DNA from: an uncultured Bacteroidota bacterium
GTDB taxonomy: Bacteria; Bacteroidota; Bacteroidia; Flavobacteriales; BACL11
Direction of reading: 5' to 3'
Assembly: GCA_902627575.1 (NCBI GenBank)
Contig: CACOJQ010000002.1
Coordinates: 6,057-70,056, forward strand
DNA length: 64,000 nt
Below the pieces are notes generated by a model that was given only the letters and a program-made list of their open reading frames with translations, searched no databases and was not told where the DNA came from. The position numbers were made by a program, and so were the translations under genes. Below are positions 10,037-19,165 of this stretch, one piece after another (the first letter of the stretch is position 1; the number at the start of each line of letters is the position of its first letter).

Positions 10037-10315
10037 TCAGTTTGCACCTATATTTCCATTTAAATCATAATAATCTGTCTTTAAAATTTTCACATAAGCA
10101 AAGTCTCCAATCATTATGTAGTATTAATCTGCTTTAGCTAAAAATTCATTAACTCCATTTGGGCTATCAAATTCTGTTCTTCCAATGAAATAATCGTCCT
10201 CTTTGCGATCAAATAAAACTTTGAGTGTACTACCTATTTTTTTTAATTTATAAGAAATATTTGACTGCAGATTCATTATTTCTTCAGTCCGTTTCCTTTT
10301 TATTTTCATGTACAT
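10037..10315 (-). pseudogene. rimO: relic of rimO (ribosomal protein S12 methylthiotransferase): C-terminal TRAM region only, with an internal stop
   Basis: The minus-strand frame reads ...EEIMNLQSNISYKLKKIGSTLKVLFDRKEDDYFIGRTEFDSPNGVNEFLAKAD*YYIMIGDFAYVKILKTDYYDLNGN...*, with TAA at 10124-10126. This matches the RimO C-terminal architecture. No radical-SAM core lies upstream. Confidence 0.7.
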
Positions 10316-10487
10316 TATGTTCTAAATTATAAGAATTTTTATTTGCATCATTATTTATTCATTCATGTTGAACAGAAATTTTATTAGCATCTAACTTACC
10401 CCATTAAAATTTATGATTCATGTAGATTTTTGGAGAATACAAAAGTAATAATATTAACCTTATTCTTTTTAGTATACTTAGTTCGCA

Positions 10488-11516
10488 TTAGCTAAATAAT
10501 GAATCAATAAATTCTTTCTTGTTAAATTTATGCAAGTCATCAACTCCCTCACCAACACCAATGTATTTAACAGGTATTTGAAATTGGTCAGAAATTCCAA
10601 TAACAACACCTCCTTTTGCTGTTCCATCTAATTTTGTTAGTGCAATAGAATCTACTTTAGTAGCCTGCGTAAATTGTTTCGCTTGTTCAATTGCATTTTG
10701 TCCTGTAGAAGCATCTAAAACAAGCATTACATCATGCGGGGCATCTTTGATTACTTTTCCCATTACATTTCTTATTTTTGATAATTCGCGCATTAAATTA
10801 ACGTTATTATGTAGTCTTCCAGCAGTATCAATAATAACTATATCAGCATTATTAGATTTTGCAGACTGGATAGTATCAAATGCAACAGATGCAGGGTCTG
10901 AACCCATATCTTGTTTTATAATTTCTACACCTACTCTTTCAGACCAAAGAACTAGCTGATCAACAGCAGCTGCTCTAAATGTATCTGCTGCGCCCAAGAC
11001 CACCTTTTTATTCTGATTTTTAAAATAGTTAGCTAACTTTCCAATTGTTGTTGTTTTACCAACACCATTTACACCGACAACCATAATGACATAAGGACTA
11101 GTTGTATTTATCTCCTTTTGAATATAATCCTGCATAAGAAAAGAAATTTCTTCCTTCAATAAGTTATTCAACTCTGAAACATTAATATATTTATCTTTTG
11201 CTACTCGTTGTTCTAGTTTATCTATAATTTTTAATGTAGTATCAATACCTATGTCCGAAGTTATTAAAATTTCTTCTATTTCATCAAGATCAGATTCATC
11301 AACTTTTGACTTACCAGCAACGGTACGCGCTATTTTACCAAAAAAACTTGATTTAGTTTTTTCAATTCCTGATTTAATTGTTTGTTTTTCTGATGTGTTA
11401 TCACTAATTTTTTTATCGATATCAGATTTCTGACCAATATTTTCAACAGTATCAGCACCAGATTGTTTAGATTCAGTTTTGTTTAAAAGTTTTTTTACTT
11501 TGTCAAATACACCCAT
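10488..11516 (-). CDS. ftsY: signal recognition particle receptor FtsY
   Basis: GVNGVGKTTTIGKLA, DTAGRLH, TKLDGTAKGG, with an acidic/low-complexity N-terminal region. Confidence 0.95.
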   Translation of the reverse strand: MGVFDKVKKLLNKTESKQSGADTVENIGQKSDIDKKISDNTSEKQTIKSGIEKTKSSFFGKIARTVAGKSKVDESDLDEIEEILITSDIGIDTTLKIIDKLEQRVAKDKYINVSELNNLLKEEISFLMQDYIQKEINTTSPYVIMVVGVNGVGKTTTIGKLANYFKNQNKKVVLGAADTFRAAAVDQLVLWSERVGVEIIKQDMGSDPASVAFDTIQSAKSNNADIVIIDTAGRLHNNVNLMRELSKIRNVMGKVIKDAPHDVMLVLDASTGQNAIEQAKQFTQATKVDSIALTKLDGTAKGGVVIGISDQFQIPVKYIGVGEGVDDLHKFNKKEFIDSLFS

Positions 11517-11530
11517 AGTTAAAAGTTTAT

Positions 11531-11570
11531 TATAAATAAAAAGCTCCTTTCAAAAATAGAAAGAAGCTTT
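11531..11570 (-). terminator. intrinsic terminator after rpmG-DUF4295
   Basis: On the minus strand: AAAGCTTCTTTC - 7-nt loop - GAAAGGAGCTTT (12 bp, one G-U pair), followed by a T-rich run. It sits between the DUF4295 stop and the ftsY start. Confidence 0.45.
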
Positions 11571-11591
11571 ATCTTTTCATTTAAAAAAGAA

Positions 11592-11744
11592 CTATTTTTT
11601 TGCAAAAAATTCTTTTACCTTATCCTTTGGAACAACCTCACTCTTGAATGAGTAGCTTCCAACTTTAGATCTTGTTAGCTTAATAGCCTTTGTAAAAGAC
11701 TTTGCTCCTTTTTTTTGTAATGATGCTACTGTTTTCTTGGCCAT
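11592..11744 (-). CDS. DUF4295 family small basic protein (not in the supplied ORF track)
   Basis: My translation: MAKKTVASLQKKGAKSFTKAIKLTRSKVGSYSFKSEVVPKDKVKEFFAKK (50 aa). It sits immediately after rpmG, as is typical in Bacteroidota. Confidence 0.7.
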   Translation of the reverse strand: MAKKTVASLQKKGAKSFTKAIKLTRSKVGSYSFKSEVVPKDKVKEFFAKK

Positions 11745-11745
11745 T

Positions 11746-11928
11746 TTATTTTATTTGCTTGTGAATAGTCATTTTTTTCAAAATGGGATTGAACTTTTTT
11801 AATTCAAGTCTGTCTGGTGTGTTCTTTTTGTTTTTAGTTGTAATATATCGAGAAGTTCCAGGCATACCGCTTGCTTTATGTTCGGTACATTCTAAAATAA
11901 CTTGAATTCTATTTCCCTTTTTTGCCAT
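11746..11928 (-). CDS. rpmG: 50S ribosomal protein L33
   Basis: 60 aa, [18 protein letters not shown]...[21 protein letters not shown]. Confidence 0.95.
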   Translation of the reverse strand: MAKKGNRIQVILECTEHKASGMPGTSRYITTKNKKNTPDRLELKKFNPILKKMTIHKQIK

Positions 11929-11982
11929 ATCTGTGAATTTTGGATTGCAAATTTAAATAAAATTTCTAAAAATATATATAAT

Positions 11983-13629
11983 TCACAATTTTTTAACTTC
12001 AATATACATTAAATCAGTTCTAATATGAAATGTGTTTCTGTCAAAAAATCCTAAGTCAAGTTCTTTTGAATCTTCTGATGGATATATCCAAAAATCTTCT
12101 TTACCTGTGTTAATTAAAAGTGGCATATTAAAATTTTCTACTGCATCCCAGTTGAAGACCAGTGTTGTACCTCGACCATTTTTTTGTAATGAATATTCAA
12201 AAACAGGGATTTTATTTTGTTTTAAATATTGATTAAAAAAAGCGAACAATTCTTTACCAGTTTTTTGCTCAATATAATTAATAATTTCATCACCATCAAT
12301 AGTTTGATATTTAAAGTTATTTGCAATTTCATATATTATTTTAAACCAAAGCGAATCATTATCAATAACTGTTCTCAAGGTATGTAACATTAAAGATGAT
12401 TTATAATACATATCAGAGCTTCCAGCATTATTTAAGTTATAGTTGCCCAATACTGGCTTATCATTTCTAACATATTTTTTTTGATTATTTACATAACTTA
12501 ACATTTTTTCATATCCATAAATACATTCAACATACAAAGCCTCAGAGTATGTGCAAAAACCTTCATGAACCCACATATCCGCAATGTCATTCGTTGTTAT
12601 TGAATTTCCCCACCATTCATGACCAGATTCATGTATAATAATATAATCAAAATCTAAACTATCAATGAAATCTATATTACCATAGTATCCTGGTAAAAAA
12701 TTATTGCCATATGAAATAGCAGACTGATGTTCCATTCCAAGGTACGGGGTTTGAATTAATGCATAACCGTCATTAATATAGGGATATGCACCAAAATAAT
12801 TTTCAAAACATTTCATCATTGGTTTTACTTGAACAAAATGCTTCAAAGCTTTCGACTTGTAGCTAGAAAGAACATAGTAATCTAATTGCAATGTATCATT
12901 TACTGAAACATAATAGTCTTCAATGTGAGTATAGTCTCCAATATTAACAGTTACGTTATAATTATTTATTGGATATGAAACAAACCACTTGCTTACGTTC
13001 ATCCATGAACTAAAGTATGAATTCCAAACTATATTTTCTTCAATTAAATTTCCATTTGATATGATTTTCAATGGATGACGTGCCACAATTGTTATTAACA
13101 TACTATCAGGCTTATCAGACTGATGGTCCTTACATGGCCACCACAAACTAGCACCGATACCCTGACAAGAAACGCCTATCCATGGCTTATTATTTTCATC
13201 TGTTTTCCATGAAAATCCTCCATGCCAGGGTGGATTTTTTGCTTCTCTTGGATATCCCCAATAATGAACGGTAATCTTATTATTCTCATGCTTAAAAATT
13301 TTCCTATTGAAATTTACAAAAACTGCATCAAAATCTCTTGTAAATTGTAAACTATCTCCCTCGAACTCAATACATGTAATTTGCATATTGGATGCTAAAT
13401 CTATTTGAAAAGTACTAAAATCAACTAAAGCTAGAAAATGTATAGTGTTTGAAGACTGTTCAATAGACTTTTCATGATCATCTATAGTAACCCGTAAATC
13501 ATAAAATTTAACATCGTAACATGATCTATATTCGCTCAAGAAACCTCGCAAAGTATCTGCTTTGCTAAAATCATGTGAAAAAACCAGTGAACCATTTGTT
13601 AGTAATAACAAAATAAATATCCACTTCAT
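11983..13629 (-). CDS. M1 family metallopeptidase (aminopeptidase N-like), secreted
   Basis: Signal peptide, gluzincin motif HESGHEWWGN followed by WVHEGFCTYSE, GMEHQS exopeptidase-like motif. Confidence 0.9.
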   Translation of the reverse strand: MKWIFILLLLTNGSLVFSHDFSKADTLRGFLSEYRSCYDVKFYDLRVTIDDHEKSIEQSSNTIHFLALVDFSTFQIDLASNMQITCIEFEGDSLQFTRDFDAVFVNFNRKIFKHENNKITVHYWGYPREAKNPPWHGGFSWKTDENNKPWIGVSCQGIGASLWWPCKDHQSDKPDSMLITIVARHPLKIISNGNLIEENIVWNSYFSSWMNVSKWFVSYPINNYNVTVNIGDYTHIEDYYVSVNDTLQLDYYVLSSYKSKALKHFVQVKPMMKCFENYFGAYPYINDGYALIQTPYLGMEHQSAISYGNNFLPGYYGNIDFIDSLDFDYIIIHESGHEWWGNSITTNDIADMWVHEGFCTYSEALYVECIYGYEKMLSYVNNQKKYVRNDKPVLGNYNLNNAGSSDMYYKSSLMLHTLRTVIDNDSLWFKIIYEIANNFKYQTIDGDEIINYIEQKTGKELFAFFNQYLKQNKIPVFEYSLQKNGRGTTLVFNWDAVENFNMPLLINTGKEDFWIYPSEDSKELDLGFFDRNTFHIRTDLMYIEVKKL

Positions 13630-13640
13630 TTAAAACAATA

Positions 13641-14255
13641 TTATTTAGATAAAGAAATTGAACAATCTAAAGATTCTGAAATAGGAAAATTTGGAATCAT
13701 TTCTATTTCAAATGAATATGTTAGATCAATATTGCCAGTTGATTCAGTCAAAACTATACCATCTCCCTCAACTTCAATATCCATCGGACCAAAGCCCATA
13801 TCAATTGATACGATTTGTGAAGGAACTATTATAACACCAAAATTATCAATGGTACCATTAACTTCTGTTTCACCAATTTCTATAAAAAGAATATCGTTAC
13901 TTCCCATCACCTCTATGGACTCAGGTAGTTGATCGTTTAATGAAATTGTAGTACCAATAACTGGTATAGTATACTCTTCACAATCAGGGTTGATATCCCA
14001 TTCTCCTAAAGCAACATCAAAAGCAGATAAACAACTTCCATCATCTGTATTTGCGTTAGGATTATAATTAAACATTGTTGCATTTGTACAACCTAAAATT
14101 ATTGATATACACGAACCATCATCTTCAGTAGCTTCGGGATTATAATTAAACATTGTAGAATCTGTACAACCTAATATTGATTCTTCTTTTTTGCAAGATG
14201 AAATCATGAAAATTAGAGCTGATAATAACAAAAAACTTAGTTTATTTTTTTTCAT
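13641..14255 (-). CDS. lipoprotein of unknown function with tandem Cys-bracketed repeats
   Basis: Lipobox (MISSCKK) after the signal peptide. Two 26-aa repeats, GCTDSTMFNYNPEATEDDGSC and GCTNATMFNYNPNANTDDGSC, precede a beta-rich C-terminal part. Confidence 0.7.
   Translation of the reverse strand: MKKNKLSFLLLSALIFMISSCKKEESILGCTDSTMFNYNPEATEDDGSCISIILGCTNATMFNYNPNANTDDGSCLSAFDVALGEWDINPDCEEYTIPVIGTTISLNDQLPESIEVMGSNDILFIEIGETEVNGTIDNFGVIIVPSQIVSIDMGFGPMDIEVEGDGIVLTESTGNIDLTYSFEIEMIPNFPISESLDCSISLSK
14031..14186. repeat. two tandem copies of a 78-bp unit inside the lipoprotein gene
   Basis: My alignment of 14031-14108 against 14109-14186 shows a shared perfect core, GGATTATAATTAAACATTGT, plus flanks; I estimate roughly three quarters identity by eye. 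Confidence 0.7.
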
Positions 14256-14329
14256 TATATAATTTTAAAAGATTAGAAAATATTATTCACCAAATATAGC
14301 AACTTATTTGTAAAATATTTTTTAGAATA

Positions 14330-14569
14330 TTAGACTAGAATATTATCGTTTGATTTAGCTTTAGCTAAAACAGATGCAATACCATTTTTATTAATAGTTC
14401 TAATTGCCTTAGCAGAAACTTTTAATATTACTGTTTCTCCGGTTTCAGGAACAAAAAACTTTTTAGTTTGCAAGTTTGGATAAAACTTTCTTTTGTTTTT
14501 ATTGTTTGCGTGTGAAACGTTATTTCCAACCATTACTTTTTTACCGGTAATTTGACAAATCTTAGACAT
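14330..14569 (-). CDS. rpmB: 50S ribosomal protein L28
   Basis: 79 aa, MSKICQITGKKVMVGNNVSHANNKNKRKFYPNLQ. Confidence 0.95.
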   Translation of the reverse strand: MSKICQITGKKVMVGNNVSHANNKNKRKFYPNLQTKKFFVPETGETVILKVSAKAIRTINKNGIASVLAKAKSNDNILV

Positions 14570-14622
14570 TTTTCAAAAATTTTGGATGCAAATATACAAT
14601 CTAAAATAAAATAAAAGTTCTA

Positions 14623-15099
14623 TTACTCATTTTTTTTTATTTGCATAATCAATAGTTGAATTGCATTTTGAACAACTTGATTAACAACAGATTCTCTTGA
14701 ACCAGTTAGAAAAAAATGCTTTACGCATGTCTCTTTTTTATTTGAAATGGCAATAAATACAGTTCCTATTGGATATTTATTATTTCCTCCATTTGGACCA
14801 GTATATCCAGTAGAAGAAATAGAATAATCTGAATTGAAAATTTTTAATGAATTTTCAGCCATTTTTTTTGCTACCTCTATGCAGACAGAAGTTTCTTTTT
14901 CAATTAATGCTTTAGATATGCCCAATTGATTTATTTTTATATTATCCTGATAAGCAATTATAGCACCTTTAAAAATAGATGAAGCACCACTTATTGAACA
15001 AATTGTTGATGAGATAAGACCAGAAGTACAACTTTCAGCTGTAGCAATAGTTAAATTATTACTTTTACAAACATTATGTAGTTCAGAAACTAAATTCAT
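14623..15099 (-). CDS. pncC: CinA-family nicotinamide-nucleotide amidohydrolase (PncC domain only)
   Basis: ATAESCTSGL signature and TGYTGPNGG. Confidence 0.85.
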   Translation of the reverse strand: MNLVSELHNVCKSNNLTIATAESCTSGLISSTICSISGASSIFKGAIIAYQDNIKINQLGISKALIEKETSVCIEVAKKMAENSLKIFNSDYSISSTGYTGPNGGNNKYPIGTVFIAISNKKETCVKHFFLTGSRESVVNQVVQNAIQLLIMQIKKNE

Positions 15100-15974
15100 T
15101 AAAAAGAGGTAGTTGGAGGACTAATGTATTTTGATTCTTTGGGTTTTACGCTCATGACAGGGATTTCAGAGTTATTAATTATATATCTAGCTGTCACACT
15201 TATGTTATTTGAAAATGATAATTCTTCTTTTTTAGTCATAATTATAATTAAATCTGCTTCAAATTTCTTACTGTATTCAAATACAAAATCACCTAAAGTC
15301 TGTTTCTTTTCACCCTCAACTAGTTCTGAAGTACAATTAACACCAGCTTTTGTAATGAAATCTCTAACCTGATTAATATTTTTAGTTAATTTTTCTTTGA
15401 CTAAATTATTGTCTTCCAATAAAACAGAAACTACACGAACTGTAGCATCCCAATATCTTGCATATTCCAATGCGTAAGTGACCTTTTCCTTAGTTTCTTT
15501 TTCCATATCTAAAGGAAGTATAATATTTTTACATCCTTTTCTATGATCTTTGCCCTTAATTGTAATAACAGGACATTTAGCTAGCCTTACAACCTTTTCA
15601 GCATTGGAACCAATAGTACTACTCTTTCTACCTTGTGAGCCGTTTGTTCCCATAACAATTAAATCTGCAGAAATAATGTCGGCAACTATATTAATTTGCT
15701 CATAAATTTTGCCTTTTGCAATCATGGTATCAATTGAAATATTTTTCTTTTGATGATATTCTAAAGCTAGACTATCCAGCTTCTCTTTAACTTTGATTTT
15801 TAATTCCTCTGAATTATCGTCTAAAAATAATGATTGTATAGTACTCTGTTCTTTAATTACCGACAATAAAACAATGTCTGAATTATTAATCTTTGCTAGA
15901 TTTATAGCCTGCTCTAAAGCACAAATTGACTGTTCTGAAAATCCTATTGGAACTAATATTTTATTTTTTAACAT
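15099..15974 (-). CDS. tandem-domain universal stress protein (UspA family)
   Basis: Two Usp halves, each with an ATP-loop-like segment (MGTNGSQG...GSNAEKVV in the first half). Confidence 0.85.
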   Translation of the reverse strand: MLKNKILVPIGFSEQSICALEQAINLAKINNSDIVLLSVIKEQSTIQSLFLDDNSEELKIKVKEKLDSLALEYHQKKNISIDTMIAKGKIYEQINIVADIISADLIVMGTNGSQGRKSSTIGSNAEKVVRLAKCPVITIKGKDHRKGCKNIILPLDMEKETKEKVTYALEYARYWDATVRVVSVLLEDNNLVKEKLTKNINQVRDFITKAGVNCTSELVEGEKKQTLGDFVFEYSKKFEADLIIIMTKKEELSFSNNISVTARYIINNSEIPVMSVKPKESKYISPPTTSF

Positions 15975-16022
15975 ACTTGTATTATTTAGTTAAATTTGTA
16001 AATACAAAATTACATATTTACT

Positions 16023-16895
16023 ATGAATAGCATAGCTGACACAGAACTAATACTTTCAAATAAAAATAAAATTTATCATCTAAACTTATCAAAAGAAGAA
16101 ATAGCTGACACGATTATTTTAGTAGGAGACCCTCAGAGAGTAGAATTAGTTTCAAATAAATTTGACAAAGTAATTCATAGAATACAACACAGAGAGTTTA
16201 TAACTCATACTGGATTAATTAATAAAAAAGAAATAAGTGTCATTTCAACAGGTATTGGCCCTGATAACATTGACATTGTAATAAACGAATTAGACGCACT
16301 ATTCAACATTAATTTTAAAACAAGAATCAAAAATCAAAAATCAAAATCATTAAATATTATAAGGATTGGTACTTGTGGTTCACTACAAAAAAATATCAAA
16401 GTAGATTCATTAATTGCCTCTTCATACGCATTAGGACTAGATAACCTAGCTCACTTCTACAGCAATAAAAATGTACTAAATAATGATATTAGTAAAGCGT
16501 TTTTACAACATATAAAATGGCCTAACAAATTATCAAAACCATACGTTGTTGAAGCTTCTCAAAGTTTATTAAATCTTTTTGGAGATATTAACCAAGGTAT
16601 TACCGCTACCGCTCCAGGATTTTATGGGCCGCAAGGAAGAGAACTTAGAATTTCACCTTCAATTGAATTATTGGAAGAAAAAATGCAAAATTTCAAATAT
16701 AAAAATTTAAAAATAAAAAATTTTGAAATGGAAACTTCTGCACTATATTATTTAGGTAAAACTCTTGGCCATAACACTTTAACAATTTGTGCTGTGATTG
16801 GAAATCGCCTTTCTAAAAGTTACAGTAAGAATTATTATATAACCGTAAATAAAATGATTGACATAGTTTTAAAAAAAATATCTTTACTAACTTAA
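16023..16895 (+). CDS. nucleoside phosphorylase (PNP/UDP family, uridine phosphorylase-like)
   Basis: VGDPQRV, STGIGPDN, RIGTCGSL, FEMETSALY. Confidence 0.8.
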   Translation: MNSIADTELILSNKNKIYHLNLSKEEIADTIILVGDPQRVELVSNKFDKVIHRIQHREFITHTGLINKKEISVISTGIGPDNIDIVINELDALFNINFKTRIKNQKSKSLNIIRIGTCGSLQKNIKVDSLIASSYALGLDNLAHFYSNKNVLNNDISKAFLQHIKWPNKLSKPYVVEASQSLLNLFGDINQGITATAPGFYGPQGRELRISPSIELLEEKMQNFKYKNLKIKNFEMETSALYYLGKTLGHNTLTICAVIGNRLSKSYSKNYYITVNKMIDIVLKKISLLT

Positions 16896-17299
16896 GTTAT
16901 TTTTTTTTTAATACTATCTATTATTATCTGTGGTGCCGTGCAAGTTTTATTTGTCAGAATGTTTACAAACATTAGAGTAACTTGTCCAATATTTAACAAT
17001 TCATTTGCTTCATTGTAAATTTCATAATCAAATACAATTGTTTTAGAAGGAACTTTATTAATTATTGTTTTAATAGTTAACTCATCATCGTAAAAAGCAG
17101 GTTTTTTGTAAGAAATATTCCAATTGATTACAGGTAAAGAGAAACCCATTTTTTCAATTGTCTTATATGAAAATCCAAGCGACCTAAATAACTCAACTCT
17201 TCCAACTTCATAATATTGTGCATAGGAGCCATAATAAGCAAAACCCATTTGATCGGTTTCTGCATACCTAACTCTTAATTTAGTTTCAAAAAAATACAT
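16892..17299 (-). CDS. acyl-CoA thioesterase (4HBT/YbgC family)
   Basis: RVRYAETDQMGFAYYGSYAQYYEVGR hotdog motif. ATG at 17299 (MYFFETK) preferred over the longer ORF. Confidence 0.85.
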   Translation of the reverse strand: MYFFETKLRVRYAETDQMGFAYYGSYAQYYEVGRVELFRSLGFSYKTIEKMGFSLPVINWNISYKKPAFYDDELTIKTIINKVPSKTIVFDYEIYNEANELLNIGQVTLMFVNILTNKTCTAPQIIIDSIKKKIT

Positions 17300-17348
17300 A
17301 TTGCAATAATACATATTAAAACTAAAAATTTTTAATATTGCATTGACT

Positions 17349-18077
17349 ATGAAGATAAAAAACAAACTAATTTTATTGTATGCATTGCTTTTCTTTGCAT
17401 GCTCAAATGAATTTTACAATACAAAATTTAATAAAAATCAAAATTATATTAAAGTTCAAAATATAAAATCTGATAATAAAATTAGTTCTCTAATAGAACC
17501 TTACGATAAAATTATTTATCAGTATATGAAAGACACCTTATGTTACTCAAAATATGATCTCACAAAAAATGTTCCTGAAAGTACAATTGGTAATTTTGTA
17601 ACTGATCTTTGTCTGCATTATGCTGATGCTGACATTTGTATTATGAATAAAGGAGGACTTAGAACTGAAATCTATCAAGGATACGTCACGAGAGAAAAAA
17701 TATATGAGTTAATGCCTTTTGAAAATGAACTTGTCATATTAGAAATAAATAAAGAGACGTTTAAATTACTTATAGATTATATAATTAATCGATCAGGAGA
17801 ACCATTTTCAGGCATGAATATTAAATCATTTAAAAATGAAACTAAAGTTCATATAAATGACACAATACACATAGACAATTATTTTGCAAATAGTACAAAA
17901 ATTAAAATTTTAACATCTGATTATTTAGCAAATGGAGGTGACAACATGAATTTCTTCAAAAAAATTGAAAAGAAGAAATTAAATTTAAAACTTAGAGATG
18001 TTATAATTGATTACTGTAGTCAGATTGACACAATAAAAGTGACATTAGATGAAAGAATAATTCTAAATCATGAATAG
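17349..18077 (+). CDS. 5'-nucleotidase C-terminal (substrate-binding) domain lipoprotein
   Basis: Signal peptide plus Cys (LLFFACSN), GNFVTD, NKGGLR, SDYLANGGD. Confidence 0.8.
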   Translation: MKIKNKLILLYALLFFACSNEFYNTKFNKNQNYIKVQNIKSDNKISSLIEPYDKIIYQYMKDTLCYSKYDLTKNVPESTIGNFVTDLCLHYADADICIMNKGGLRTEIYQGYVTREKIYELMPFENELVILEINKETFKLLIDYIINRSGEPFSGMNIKSFKNETKVHINDTIHIDNYFANSTKIKILTSDYLANGGDNMNFFKKIEKKKLNLKLRDVIIDYCSQIDTIKVTLDERIILNHE

Positions 18078-18993
18078 TAGAAGAAAATTTATAAAAAATA
18101 GCTGCATTGGTGCATTAGGGATGACAATATTACCATCCTTTACTATCAAAAGTGAAAAATTAACAAAACTGATTATTTTGCATACAAACGATACTCACAG
18201 TAGAATACATCCATTTAAAACAGGCAAATATAAAGGGTACGGTGGTATGGCTGAAAGAGCAACAATAATTAATGACATAAGAAAAAAAAATAAACATGTT
18301 CTATTATTTGATGCAGGAGACATATTTCAGGGAACCCCGTACTTTAATTACTTTAAAGGGGAGCTAGAACTTAAAATTATGAGTGAAATGCAATATGATG
18401 CAGCAACATTAGGAAATCATGACTTTGATAATGGACTAGATGAACTTGAAAAACAATTACCAAATGCTAATTTTCCTTTTATTAGTTCAAATTATAATTT
18501 TGAAAAAACTAACTTGAAAAATAAATTTAAAAAATTCAAAATTTTTAAAAAAGCAGGAATTAAAATAGGTGTATATGGAATCGGTGTTAAACTAGAAGGA
18601 CTTGTACCTAAAAAACTTTATGGTAATGTTATATATGAAGATCCAATAATCAAATCTAACAAAATTGCCAAATTTCTCAAAAAAGAAAAAAAATGTGATT
18701 TGATTATATGTTTATCGCATCTTGGTCTAAAATATAAAACATCTAAAGTCTCTGACATAGTATTAGCTCAAGAAAGTAAACATATCGATTTAATAATTGG
18801 TGGACATACACATTCGTTTCTTGAAGAACCTTTACACGTTAAAAATAAAGAAAAAAAAGATGTAATAATAAATCAAGTGGGTTGGGGTGGAATTAATCTT
18901 GGCAGGATTGATTTTAATTTTAATCAAAATAAGCATTTTAAAAAAGTATTTGGAAGGCCCATTTTTGTTAAAAAAAATACAAAAAACGCATAA
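18070..18993 (+). CDS. metallophosphoesterase, 5'-nucleotidase N-terminal domain, with Tat-like signal
   Basis: SRRKFIKNS twin-Arg leader, ILHTNDTHS, DAGDIFQG, GNHDFD, GGHTH. Overlaps the upstream gene by 8 nt. Confidence 0.85.
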   Translation: MNSRRKFIKNSCIGALGMTILPSFTIKSEKLTKLIILHTNDTHSRIHPFKTGKYKGYGGMAERATIINDIRKKNKHVLLFDAGDIFQGTPYFNYFKGELELKIMSEMQYDAATLGNHDFDNGLDELEKQLPNANFPFISSNYNFEKTNLKNKFKKFKIFKKAGIKIGVYGIGVKLEGLVPKKLYGNVIYEDPIIKSNKIAKFLKKEKKCDLIICLSHLGLKYKTSKVSDIVLAQESKHIDLIIGGHTHSFLEEPLHVKNKEKKDVIINQVGWGGINLGRIDFNFNQNKHFKKVFGRPIFVKKNTKNA

Positions 18994-19165
18994 AATTGAT
19001 GCTTTTTTTAAGATTTTAGAAAAAACCTTATCTAGCAAATTTAACAAGTAAAAAAAAATTAAAAGTCAAGCGTAAATTTTCTTTTATATTAACAATATCT
19101 TTTTAATATTTGCTAACAATAAAACAAATTAAAAACTATAAACAAAAGCTAAATAAGTATCAAAA

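Noticed and set aside
10124-10315. 63-aa ORF treated as a stand-alone small protein
   Set aside because: Its sequence is the middle of a RimO-type TRAM region, and the homology continues in frame past its stop codon. It is better explained as a pseudogene fragment.
18832-19047. 71-aa minus-strand ORF at the 3' end of the metallophosphatase gene
   Set aside because: It is mostly antisense to a supported CDS, and its composition is low-complexity.
18994-19165. AT-rich spacer upstream of dnaA as oriC
   Set aside because: I found no TTATCCACA/TGTGGATAA-like DnaA boxes in it; the spacer contains no CAC or TGT at all. Gene orientation is mostly minus from 7.5-16 kb and plus from 19-25 kb, which hints at a nearby origin, but orientation becomes mixed again beyond 25 kb. 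A cumulative GC-skew calculation on the whole replicon would be needed.
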